Positions 41,277 to 50,280 of a DNA stretch of 64,000 nucleotides are shown here, piece by piece (position 1 is the stretch's first letter; every line of letters begins with the position of its first letter). The DNA is from an uncultured Actinomycetes bacterium (GTDB lineage: Bacteria > Actinomycetota > Acidimicrobiia > Spongiisociales > DATADW01), in NCBI GenBank assembly GCA_963824995.1, contig CAWGRK010000006.1:442273-506272 (forward strand). The letters run 5' to 3'. A program made the position numbers and the translations under genes. The notes below the pieces were generated by a model that was given only the letters and a program-made list of their open reading frames with translations, did no database searches and was not told where the DNA came from.

Positions 41277-44200
41277 TCAAAGCTGGGTGGCGACTTCCTC
41301 ACGCATCCGGCGGGAGACCACCGATGACGACCCGCCCGGTTCCATGGTGACCCCGTAGAGGGTGTCGGCGACCTCCATCGTCTGCTGCTGGTGGGTGACT
41401 ATGACCAATTGGGCTCTGCCGCGGAACCGTTCGACCATCCGGAGGAAGCGACGAAGATTGGCGTCGTCGAGCGCCGCTTCCACCTCGTCCAGGACGTAGA
41501 AGGGCCCGGGACGGGCTTCGAACACGGCGAAGAGGAATGCGAGCGCCGCCAGCGAGCGCTCACCGCCGGACAGCAGTGAGAGCCGGCCGACCTTCTTTCC
41601 CAGTGGTTGGGCCTCGATCTCGACCCCGCTGCCCAACAGGTCGTCCGGGTCGGTGAGACGCAGCCGGCCCCTGCCTCCCGGGAAGAGCACGTCGAAGTGG
41701 GCCTCGTAGGCCTCCCGAATCTCGTCGAAGGCGGTGAGGAACAGCCCCGAGATCTCGTCGTCCAGGGCCGAGATCACACGGCGGAGCTCACCACGGCTCC
41801 TTTCCAGGTCGTCGACCTGCGAACCGAGGAACTGGTGGCGCTCTGACAGTTCGGCGTGCTCCTCGACCGCCAGAGGGTTCACCGGACCGAGCCGCCTACG
41901 CAGCGCCTCGAGAGCGGCGAGCCGCTCCCCCGGGTCCGTGTCGTCGGGGAGAGAGGGTCGCGGCGACGCCAATGCCTCTTCCTCGCCGGCATCGGAATCG
42001 CGCCGGAGGGCCTCGGCAACACCCTCCAGCCTGACAGCCAATTCGGCGGTCTCCACCGCCAGACGCGCCATGACCTCGCGGTTGTCGTCGATCACGTCCC
42101 GCGCCGTGTTGTGTCGCTGCCTCTCCTGACGGAGGCGGCCCACCACTTCGGCAAGCGCCGATCTTCCCTCGGCCTGTCTGGCGCGAAGCCGTCCCAGATG
42201 GAGGTGGACCGATTCGAGCCCGCGCCGCGCCGCGTCCTCGACCGCCTCGAGACGGCCAACCTCGGTGGGGTCGGCGGGGGAAGCGAGCAGCGCCGACAAC
42301 TCCTCCCGAACCTGAGTAAGCCTCCGCTCGGTCTGACTTCGGCGCTCCTCCACCGCCCCCCGGCCGGCTGCAGCGGCGCCTTTTGTGCGCTGCGCATCGG
42401 CCCGGCGTACCGCCGCCTGCCGCCTCATCTCGGCAAGTCCCTCCCACGCTGCCACCCGATCCGCCTCTTCCCCCTCGAGCGCGTCAAGACGGTCGCGCAA
42501 CGTCCCGAGCTGGCGTGTCCTTTCCTCCTCTTCGGTGGCGATCGCAGAGAGCCGCTGTTCGAGGCGTTGTCTCTCCTCGGATCGGTTGCCCCGGGCATGC
42601 TCCAGATGCTGCGAAGCCTGTGCCGCACCGGCGAGCCGGGCCTCGATCCCCTCCAGCGCCTCGAGGGCGGCACGCTCGTGTTGGCGAGCCATCTCGAAAG
42701 CGCGCCGCGCCGAGGTGTGCAGGCTCTCGGCGCGGGCCAGTTCCACATCGGCTTCCTCGGCAGCGGCAGACGCCACGGCGAGGACGGCGGGCGAGGCTCC
42801 TTCGGGCAGGACGAGATCCACACCGGCCGCCGTGATCAGATCTCCGGAAAGGGTAACGGCGCGCAGTCCGGGGTTCTCGGTCACCAAGGACCAACCTTCC
42901 GACCATGTCCCCACCAGCACGACGTCGCCCAGGACGGCGCGGGCCAGCGCCCGGTCGGCAACCGGACCGAGGCGGCTGGTGAGCGGCGTGGTACCGGTAG
43001 GAATCGTCGTGGGGCGCCCGGCGGTAGGGGCCACGACCGCCAAGCCACCGAGCCCGCCTTCGGTCAGATCGCCCACCACAAGGCCGATGTCCGCCGCACC
43101 GCCAACGGCGACCGCATCGGACCATCTCCCCAGCGCTGCACCTACCGCCGCCGCCAGCGTGGGCGGGACATCGAGCCGCTCGAGGAGCGGACCGCTCACT
43201 TCGGGGCGGTCCAGCGCCCTTGCCCTGGCTCGCGGATCGGCCAGACCTTCGACCACGGCCTGGAGTGCATCGACTCGGGCCGCCGCTCCGGCGGCGGCCA
43301 CCCTGTTCTCGGCCAGCCGCTGTTCGGCGGTTTCCAACGCGTCCTGGTCGAGACGACTACGTCCACGTGCCGCTTCGTACGTCGCTTGGGCCGTGCCGGC
43401 TTCGACGTCCGCCGACCGGACCTCGTCTCCCAATTCGGCCAATTCCTGATCGATCGAGGTGATCTGTGCGGCGATCACCTCCAGACGACGCCGGATGTCC
43501 TCGGCCTCGCGACGGTCGCGGTCGGAGGCGGCGATGAGCGCCCTCAGGTCGCCGCGCACCACCGCTGCTGCCCCTTCGGCGGGCAGGTCGCCCTGATCGG
43601 CGAGCGAGCGCTCCTCGGCTTCCATCGCCAGCAGCAGATCCTCGGCCCGTGCCTCCTCGACCCGGGCCGCATCGAGTTCGGCGGTGGACTCCAACAATGA
43701 CCGGGAAAGATCGGCCGCTTCAGCCTCGAGATCGGACCGCCGCTCCCCGGCGGTCTCGAGCCTGGTGACGAGCGCCCGTTTCCGCTCCTGGGCGACCTGG
43801 GCGACTCTGCGCAGTCTCTCCACAGCCGTCTCCAAACGTGCGGCGGATGCCGTGTCGCCTTCGACCGATGCTCGCAACTCGGCCTCGGTCCCACCGAGTG
43901 CCTCGATTTCGGCCGCCGACCCGTCGAGCTCTATCTGGGCTTCGTCAACGAGGGCGCCCGCCCGCCGCTGCTCTTCGGCACACTCGGCCTGTCGGCCGGT
44001 GAGCCGCCGCAGGTCCTCTCCACCCATCCACAGTCTCAACGCCTTCATCTCGGCCGCCACCTCTTCGTGGCGCCCGGCGGCTTCGGCCTGCCGGCGGAGA
44101 GGGCGAAGCCGTCTCTCGATCTCCCCGACCAGATCGCCGAGCCTCACGAGGTCTGCCTCGGTCCGCTCCAACCGGCGCAACGAACGCTCCTTGCGGAGCT

Positions 44201-44711
44201 TGTGCTTGAGGACCCCGGCGGCCTCCTCGATGATCGATCGGTGCTCTTCGGGGCCGGCATTGAGGATCGAGTCCACCTGACCCTGCCCGATGATGACGTG
44301 CTGAGTTCGTCCCACCGAGGCGTCGGCCAGTAGTTCCTGGATGTCGAGCAGCCTGCAGTCGACGCCGTTTATCTCGTAGTCACTGGTCCCGTCGCGGTAG
44401 AGCCGGCGGGTGATGGCGACCTCGTCGAGGTCGAGCGGCAGTTGGCGCGAGGCGTTGTCGAAGGTCAGAGTCACCTCGGCCCGGCCCAGCGAGGGCCGGG
44501 TTGCGGTCCCGGCGAAGATGACGTCATCCATCCGCTGGGTGCGCAGCGCCGTCGGAGCCTGGGTACCCATCACCCATGCGACGGCGTCCACCAGGTTCGA
44601 CTTCCCGGTGCCATTTGGCCCGACCACCACGGTGACGCCCGGCCGGAATTCGAGCCGGGTGCGGTCGGCGAAAGATTTGAACCCGACCAGGCGGAGTGAT
44701 TTCAGGTACAT
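41277..44711 (-). CDS. smc: chromosome segregation protein SMC
   Basis: GFKSFA, GPNGTGKSN, long coiled coils, LGPVN, LLSGGE, LDEVEAALDD. Confidence 0.96.
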   Translation of the reverse strand: MYLKSLRLVGFKSFADRTRLEFRPGVTVVVGPNGTGKSNLVDAVAWVMGTQAPTALRTQRMDDVIFAGTATRPSLGRAEVTLTFDNASRQLPLDLDEVAITRRLYRDGTSDYEINGVDCRLLDIQELLADASVGRTQHVIIGQGQVDSILNAGPEEHRSIIEEAAGVLKHKLRKERSLRRLERTEADLVRLGDLVGEIERRLRPLRRQAEAAGRHEEVAAEMKALRLWMGGEDLRRLTGRQAECAEEQRRAGALVDEAQIELDGSAAEIEALGGTEAELRASVEGDTASAARLETAVERLRRVAQVAQERKRALVTRLETAGERRSDLEAEAADLSRSLLESTAELDAARVEEARAEDLLLAMEAEERSLADQGDLPAEGAAAVVRGDLRALIAASDRDRREAEDIRRRLEVIAAQITSIDQELAELGDEVRSADVEAGTAQATYEAARGRSRLDQDALETAEQRLAENRVAAAGAAARVDALQAVVEGLADPRARARALDRPEVSGPLLERLDVPPTLAAAVGAALGRWSDAVAVGGAADIGLVVGDLTEGGLGGLAVVAPTAGRPTTIPTGTTPLTSRLGPVADRALARAVLGDVVLVGTWSEGWSLVTENPGLRAVTLSGDLITAAGVDLVLPEGASPAVLAVASAAAEEADVELARAESLHTSARRAFEMARQHERAALEALEGIEARLAGAAQASQHLEHARGNRSEERQRLEQRLSAIATEEEERTRQLGTLRDRLDALEGEEADRVAAWEGLAEMRRQAAVRRADAQRTKGAAAAGRGAVEERRSQTERRLTQVREELSALLASPADPTEVGRLEAVEDAARRGLESVHLHLGRLRARQAEGRSALAEVVGRLRQERQRHNTARDVIDDNREVMARLAVETAELAVRLEGVAEALRRDSDAGEEEALASPRPSLPDDTDPGERLAALEALRRRLGPVNPLAVEEHAELSERHQFLGSQVDDLERSRGELRRVISALDDEISGLFLTAFDEIREAYEAHFDVLFPGGRGRLRLTDPDDLLGSGVEIEAQPLGKKVGRLSLLSGGERSLAALAFLFAVFEARPGPFYVLDEVEAALDDANLRRFLRMVERFRGRAQLVIVTHQQQTMEVADTLYGVTMEPGGSSSVVSRRMREEVATQL

Positions 44712-44812
44712 GGGAATGACATGGGTGTGATTCGACCGGTGAGGCTATCAGAGCGGCGTTCACCAGCCTGGTTTGGCGGGAAGTTGACGGAGTTGGTTGT
44801 GTTGTAGGCAAC

Positions 44813-45877
44813 GTGCAACTGCCGGTGATGCCTCCCCTCAAGCCGATGCTGGCCAAGTCGCATCCGGCGATCCCCGAGGGCATGTCCTACGAGCCGAAAT
44901 TCGACGGGTTCCGTTGCATCGTCTTCCGCGACGGCGACGAGATCGAGTTGGGAAGCCGCAACGAGCGCCCCCTGACCCGCTACTTCCCCGAGTTGGTCGA
45001 GGCACTCCGTGAGCAGTTGCCGGAGCGATGCGTGGTCGACGGCGAGATCGCGGTGGCCATCGATGGCGAACTCGACTTCTGGTCGCTCCAGCAGCGGATC
45101 CACCCGGCGGCGTCCCGGGTGCAGATGCTGTCGCGCAAGACCCCTGCGTGGTTCATCGCATTTGACCTGCTGGCACTCGACGACGTCTCGTACATCGAAT
45201 CTCCCTTCTCCGAGCGGCGGGGCGCTCTGGATTCGGCGTTTCGAGGCGTGACCCCTCCGGTGTACGTGGCCCCGATCACCGACGACATCTCTCTGGCCCG
45301 GGGTTGGTTCGAGCGCTTCGAGGGGGCTGGACTCGACGGGATCGTCGCCAAGCCCCACGACCTCCGGTATGTCCCCAACAAGCGGCTCTGGGTGAAGGTG
45401 AAGCACGAGAGGACGGCCGATTGCGTGGTGGCCGGCTTCAGGTGGTTCCGAAGCGATCGCGTGGTGGGCTCGCTGCTCCTCGGCCTCTACGACGCCGCCG
45501 GAGACCTGCACCCGATCGGTGTGATCGGGGCATTCAGCGCCCTACGCCGCCGCCAGTTGCTCGACGAGATCGCCCCGTACCGGTTGGAGGACGGCGAGTC
45601 GCACCCGTGGACCTCCAACCCGGAGTGGCAACAGGGCGCCGGGCAGCCCGGATCGCGCTGGAACTCGGACAAGGACCTCTCCTTCGAGCCGCTCCGCCCG
45701 GTGCTGGTGGTGGAGATCGCCTATGACTGGATGGAGGGTGACCGGCTCCGCCACACCGGTCAGTTCCGCCGCTGGCGGCCCGACCGCGAGCCCGAATCGT
45801 GCACCTTCGACCAACTCGACCGACCGAAGAGCTTCGACGTGAGCGACGTGCTGTCGCCACCGAGTGACCTGTCGTGA
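44813..45877 (+). CDS. ligC: ATP-dependent DNA ligase, LigC type
   Basis: MQLPVMPPLKPMLAK, YEPKFDGFR, GAGLDGIVAK, KVKHERTADCVV, RWRPDREPESC. Confidence 0.92.
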   Translation: MQLPVMPPLKPMLAKSHPAIPEGMSYEPKFDGFRCIVFRDGDEIELGSRNERPLTRYFPELVEALREQLPERCVVDGEIAVAIDGELDFWSLQQRIHPAASRVQMLSRKTPAWFIAFDLLALDDVSYIESPFSERRGALDSAFRGVTPPVYVAPITDDISLARGWFERFEGAGLDGIVAKPHDLRYVPNKRLWVKVKHERTADCVVAGFRWFRSDRVVGSLLLGLYDAAGDLHPIGVIGAFSALRRRQLLDEIAPYRLEDGESHPWTSNPEWQQGAGQPGSRWNSDKDLSFEPLRPVLVVEIAYDWMEGDRLRHTGQFRRWRPDREPESCTFDQLDRPKSFDVSDVLSPPSDLS

Positions 45878-47145
45878 CCACCACGTCGCTCCCGTCGGCG
45901 CGGCGGGTGCAGTTCACCTATCTGTTGCTCACCCTGCTCTCGACCCTCGCCGCCTCGTTCATCTGGGGCATCAACACGCTGTTCCTGCTCGATGCCGGGC
46001 TGAGCAACACCGCAGCGTTCGCCGCCAACGCCTTCTTCGCAGTCGGCCAACTCATCTTCGAGGTCCCCACCGGGGTGGTAGCCGACGTGTGGGGGCGGCG
46101 CGCCTCGTTCCTTTTGGGCTGCGCCACCCTGCTCGTGTCCACATTGCTCTACCTCTACATGTGGGACGTGCAGGCGGGCATGTGGGGATGGGCCATCGCC
46201 TCGATCCTGCTCGGTCTCGGGTTCACCTTCTTCTCGGGGGCGGTCGAGGCATGGCTGGTGGACGCCTTGAACGCCACCGGATTCGAAGGACGTCTGGAAT
46301 CGGTGTTCGGCCGGGCCCAGGCGGTGAGCGGGGCGGCGACCCTGATCGGGTCGGTCGCCGGGGGCTTCATCGCCCAGGAGACCAACCTCGGCGTGCCTTA
46401 CATATTGAGAGCCGTGGTCCTTGCCGTCACCTTCGCGGTGGCGTTCTTTCTGATGCGGGACCTGGGCTTCTCGCCGCAGCGCGGCGAGCGGGTGACCAGC
46501 GAGGTGCGACGGGTGGTCAAGGGCTCGATCGACAGCGGGTTGCGCAACCCGCCGGTCCGTTGGTTGATGCTGGGCTCACCCTTCATCGCCGGCGTCGGCT
46601 TCTACGCCTTCTACGCCTTCCAGCCCTATCTGCTCGAGTTGTACGGGGACGAGGGCGCCTACGGAATCGCCGGTCTTGCCGCCGCAGTCTTCGCCGTTGC
46701 CCAGATCGTGGGCGGTCTCGCCTCGCCGTGGGTGCGTGGGCTCTTCGGCCGCCGCACCACCGGGTTGATCGCGGCCTCGGTGGTGGGAGTGGCTTCACTG
46801 TTCATCGTCGGATCGACCGATAGCTTCTGGGTAGCGGTGACGATTCTGCTGTTGTGGAGTCTCGTCATCGCGGCGACCATCCCGCTTCGGCGGACATTCA
46901 TCAACGGGATGATCCCATCGGCGCAGCGTGCGACAGTCCTCTCCTTTGACGCTCTGCTCGGCTCCGGTGGGTCAGCCGTTCTCCAACCGATCCTCGGCCG
47001 GGTGGCCGACGTTTCCGGCTACGCCGCTTCCTACCTGGTGAGCGCCGTCATCGCCGCCGCCGAACTCCCCTTCCTCTGGCTAGCCCGCCGCGAAAGGGAC
47101 CCGGCCGATGTGGTCGACAACGATGAGGGAAGTCCCGCGCAATAG
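45874..47145 (+). CDS. MFS transporter
   Basis: About 12 hydrophobic segments, FEVPTGVVADVWGRR. Confidence 0.92.
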   Translation: MTTTSLPSARRVQFTYLLLTLLSTLAASFIWGINTLFLLDAGLSNTAAFAANAFFAVGQLIFEVPTGVVADVWGRRASFLLGCATLLVSTLLYLYMWDVQAGMWGWAIASILLGLGFTFFSGAVEAWLVDALNATGFEGRLESVFGRAQAVSGAATLIGSVAGGFIAQETNLGVPYILRAVVLAVTFAVAFFLMRDLGFSPQRGERVTSEVRRVVKGSIDSGLRNPPVRWLMLGSPFIAGVGFYAFYAFQPYLLELYGDEGAYGIAGLAAAVFAVAQIVGGLASPWVRGLFGRRTTGLIAASVVGVASLFIVGSTDSFWVAVTILLLWSLVIAATIPLRRTFINGMIPSAQRATVLSFDALLGSGGSAVLQPILGRVADVSGYAASYLVSAVIAAAELPFLWLARRERDPADVVDNDEGSPAQ

Positions 47146-47162
47146 CTCCGCAGTTTGCGGTA

Positions 47163-47450
47163 TCAGCTCGGTAGGGGAAGTAGGCAAGCCCTGCAAGGCA
47201 CGTACCCCTCGTCCTCGGCCCGCACTCGACTCACCTTCCGCGGTGTGTGGGTGCGGAAGCCGAGCCTGTTCGCATAGTCCTGGCCCTTTCGAAGCCACTC
47301 GCAGGTCTCCCTGGCGTGATAGGCCGCGCCACCATCGGTGATCCACACGGATTGGGGGAGCCGGCTCGAGCAGATGCTGCATTGGCTGCCGGGAAGGCCA
47401 TGGATGCAGTCCTGGTCTCCGCCGGATTGGGTTGCCGATTGCGAGGTCAT
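47163..47450 (-). CDS. small Cys/His-rich putative double zinc-finger protein
   Basis: CIHGLPGSQCSIC and VWITDGGAAYHARETC...GYVPCRAC; ATGA overlap with the ARH-NADAR stop. Confidence 0.75.
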   Translation of the reverse strand: MTSQSATQSGGDQDCIHGLPGSQCSICSSRLPQSVWITDGGAAYHARETCEWLRKGQDYANRLGFRTHTPRKVSRVRAEDEGYVPCRACLLPLPS

Positions 47451-48985
47451 CGAGCCACTCCGTCGACGGTCGCCAGCGGGGCAACCTCGGCGCGGATCCC
47501 CATCAAGAGCCTGCCTAGCCGGTTCTGGCCAATGCCATCGACCTTGCCCCAGAAGTTGTCACCCCACCAGTTCTCCTCGATCAGCTCGGCCGATCCCGTC
47601 GCAGCCAGCACGTCAGCGAGCCTCGTCCCGGGCATGAACTTGGCGCGAAGGATGCGCTCCATGATCCCCAGCTTCATGTCTTCCCAGCCGGGCCTCAGCG
47701 CCACTCGATTGCCCAAGACCATGGCGCCCCACGGCGTGGGTAGCAGTCGTATCCGCTCGGCATCATCTGGCTCGAGCGCCTTCGCCGCTTGGTAGGCGTG
47801 CTCTGCCGTGGGGTACCGGCGCCCCTCGAAGATGAACGGACTACGGCTGAAGTTGGAGAGGAGGCCGAACTCCCCCTCGAAACGACCGACTCGGGACGGT
47901 GTTGGAGAGGGCTCGACCCCCACCTCCGGGGAAGTGCCTCCGGCGAGAGCCATAAGCCCATCCGCGACGTCCCGGATCCCGTCTGCGTACTCGAGTCCAG
48001 CGAGCCACCGGCTCGGCAGCCTCGACTCTCCGACATATGCGCCGGCGAGGTTGCCGGCCATGGCAGCCACCGTGTCGGCGTCGTAACCCATGTTTGCCGC
48101 GGTCACGATCACACGCTCAGAATCCTCAGGTGTCCGGAGGAAGCACCAGATCGCAGCGGGGAGCGATTCGAGCACGAATGCCCCGTTGTGAGTCATGGCG
48201 AATAGGCGGTCGGGCGGCCAGTCGAGGTTGCTTGCGACGAAGAGGATCCGATCCACCAAACGCACCGGGTGACCCGATGCGCCGGGCTTGCGCTCGGGAT
48301 GACCGGGATCGTCGATGTGGTCGAGCAGGGTCGAGAGTTCGCTCATCAACTCGGTCACATCGAGCGTTCCAAAGGGGGTGTTCACCAGGCGGGCCACCAG
48401 GAACGCCTGTGCGACCGCGGAGGCGACCGCCATGGCGTCATGGTGGGTGATCACTGTGCTCAGCGCGGCGTCGTGGACCAGCATCGCGGTGTCGGTCGGG
48501 TTCGCCAGCCCGACCGGGGCTGCCCTCATGGCGGCGCCGTTGCCGGCCGATGCAATGCCGGATTCGTACCACGGGAGGCCGCGTCGGAGGTTCTCGCACC
48601 CGGCAATACACGTATGGCCACGGCCGCGGCCCACGAGCTCCCAAGCCTCGAACCTCGCCGCGAGATCCTCGGGAACCAGACTCCCGCTCTCGAGATAGCT
48701 CTCCGCGATGCAGAGCGTCATCTCGGTGTCATCGGTGAAGGTCCCTTCGGGCCCTCCTATCCAATGTCGGTGAGGGATGAAGTCGCGGACCTCTCCGGGG
48801 AAGATCGACCGGATCCTCTCGACCGACTTGCCCTCCATGGGCCGACCCAGTGCATCCCCGATGGCGCCTCCGAGCAGGCACCCGCGGTAGTCGTCCGGCG
48901 TCCCCATGAGCGAGTTCGGCAGCAGTGCCGGGATTGGCAGTTTGACCCACCACTGCCCCAAGTTCATGCCCGCTGACCCGTCCAT
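47447..48985 (-). CDS. ADP-ribosylglycohydrolase (ARH/DraG) fused to a C-terminal NADAR domain
   Basis: AIGDALG, FTDDTEM, GNGAAMR, DADTVAAMAGNLAGA (ARH); LSNFS..YPTAEHAYQAAK..KF..LIEENWWGDNFWG..GQNRLGRLLM (NADAR); AAGGAGAAGG RBS; single uninterrupted frame. Confidence 0.92.
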   Translation of the reverse strand: MDGSAGMNLGQWWVKLPIPALLPNSLMGTPDDYRGCLLGGAIGDALGRPMEGKSVERIRSIFPGEVRDFIPHRHWIGGPEGTFTDDTEMTLCIAESYLESGSLVPEDLAARFEAWELVGRGRGHTCIAGCENLRRGLPWYESGIASAGNGAAMRAAPVGLANPTDTAMLVHDAALSTVITHHDAMAVASAVAQAFLVARLVNTPFGTLDVTELMSELSTLLDHIDDPGHPERKPGASGHPVRLVDRILFVASNLDWPPDRLFAMTHNGAFVLESLPAAIWCFLRTPEDSERVIVTAANMGYDADTVAAMAGNLAGAYVGESRLPSRWLAGLEYADGIRDVADGLMALAGGTSPEVGVEPSPTPSRVGRFEGEFGLLSNFSRSPFIFEGRRYPTAEHAYQAAKALEPDDAERIRLLPTPWGAMVLGNRVALRPGWEDMKLGIMERILRAKFMPGTRLADVLAATGSAELIEENWWGDNFWGKVDGIGQNRLGRLLMGIRAEVAPLATVDGVAR

Positions 48986-49001
48986 CGATTCCTTCTCCTT
49001 G

Positions 49002-49022
49002 TTTTAGTCGTTGTGACTATAA
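49002..49022. promoter_or_regulatory. putative NrtR operator overlapping an extended -10 of the ARH-NADAR gene
   Basis: TTTTAGTC-GTTGT-GACTATAA 21-bp near-palindrome; minus-strand TGnTATAGT at 49016-49024. Confidence 0.78.
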
Positions 49023-49031
49023 CATCGGTTC

Positions 49032-49799
49032 TTGTCAAAGCGACCTTTACCGTCAATACTCAACAGAATCCGCGCCAGTCCCCCACCGGACTACGACCCC
49101 GACGCCTTCCCTCGGGTCGCCGTGACAGTGGACCTCGCGATCCTGACGTTCAATGAAACCTTCGAGGTTCTGCTCGTCGAACGAGGCGCCGACCCCTTCG
49201 CCGGCTCTTGGGCTCTACCCGGGGGATTCATCAAGCCCGACGAGTCTCTGGAGGAAGCCGCCAGGCGGGAACTCGCCGAGGAGACCGGGGTCACCGCACC
49301 GTCCACGCTGACCCAGTTCGGTGCATATGGCGATCCCGACCGCGATCCCCGCATGAGGGTGGTGACTGTGGCCTTCATGGCAGTGATCCACGATGACGTC
49401 GAGCCGGTCGGGGGCAGCGATGCCGCCTCGGCGTCATTCATGCCGCTCAGTGATCTCGTCGGACGAGGGGCGGGGACTCCTCTTGCGTTCGACCACAAGA
49501 TCATCCTCGGCGACGCACGGCGGCGGCTCATCAGTGACCTCGAGACCACTCCCCTCGCAACGGCTTTCCTGGATCGGCGATTCACGATCTCGGAATTGCG
49601 TTCGGTTTACGAGGCGGCGATCGGACGCCCTCTCGAGCCCGCCAACTTCCGCCGGAAGGTCCTCTCGATCAAAGGGTTCATCAAGCCCACCGGAGTCCAT
49701 GCCACTCCCGATGTCGAGGGCGGTAGGCCGGCCGAGTTGTTCGAGCGAGGACGCGCCGGCGTCTTGTCGCCGCCACTCCGGTTCGCCACACAAGAGTGA
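49032..49799 (+). CDS. nrtR: NrtR family Nudix-wHTH transcriptional regulator (start codon uncertain)
   Basis: [21 protein letters not shown], Nudix box [60 protein letters not shown]. Confidence 0.9.
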   Translation: MSKRPLPSILNRIRASPPPDYDPDAFPRVAVTVDLAILTFNETFEVLLVERGADPFAGSWALPGGFIKPDESLEEAARRELAEETGVTAPSTLTQFGAYGDPDRDPRMRVVTVAFMAVIHDDVEPVGGSDAASASFMPLSDLVGRGAGTPLAFDHKIILGDARRRLISDLETTPLATAFLDRRFTISELRSVYEAAIGRPLEPANFRRKVLSIKGFIKPTGVHATPDVEGGRPAELFERGRAGVLSPPLRFATQE

Positions 49800-49815
49800 C
49801 GCTGCGCCGAGTGGG

Positions 49816-50112
49816 TCAGCTGACTCGCAGAAGCTCCCTGCTGAGGATCGCTTCGGCGTGATCGGCCTGGAGGGCCGCCAACTTTTCGTTGTACTGCCCC
49901 GCCGCGATCGGTGCGTATATGGCCACCCCGATCGTCGCCAGCAACCAGGCGACTCCATCTGTGCCCGCACCGAGTAGGGCGGCACCGATGACCATGACGA
50001 TCACCTTCCCCGGAGTCGTCACGTAGAAGAGCCCGAGCGGGCCGAAGAAGAACCCGAGCGCGAGCGCAGCGAGCTTCGATTTCGGCCGGCTGTGAACCGT
50101 CGGCTCGATCAT
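49816..50112 (-). CDS. small membrane protein (TM2-like N-terminus)
   Basis: KSKLAALALGFFFGPLGLFY plus two further hydrophobic segments; AGGAGG RBS. Confidence 0.7.
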   Translation of the reverse strand: MIEPTVHSRPKSKLAALALGFFFGPLGLFYVTTPGKVIVMVIGAALLGAGTDGVAWLLATIGVAIYAPIAAGQYNEKLAALQADHAEAILSRELLRVS

Positions 50113-50179
50113 GTGTCAGTTCCTCCTATTGATGCGGACCACGACGTCCGAGACTTCGATGTCAGGCATCATCTCTGGA

Positions 50180-50191
50180 GGGTGTGACAAA
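50180..50191. repeat. 12-bp direct repeat GGGTGTGACAAA, copy 1
   Basis: Identical to 51601-51612; the two copies bracket the DUF222-HNH gene. Confidence 0.85.
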
Positions 50192-50280
50192 AGGACCTCG
50201 GCGGCAGCCGAGTCGACACCAAATGAGCCGATCGACCTACAAACAGAATCTGGCGCGTGTACCCGCGCATCGCCGGGCCA

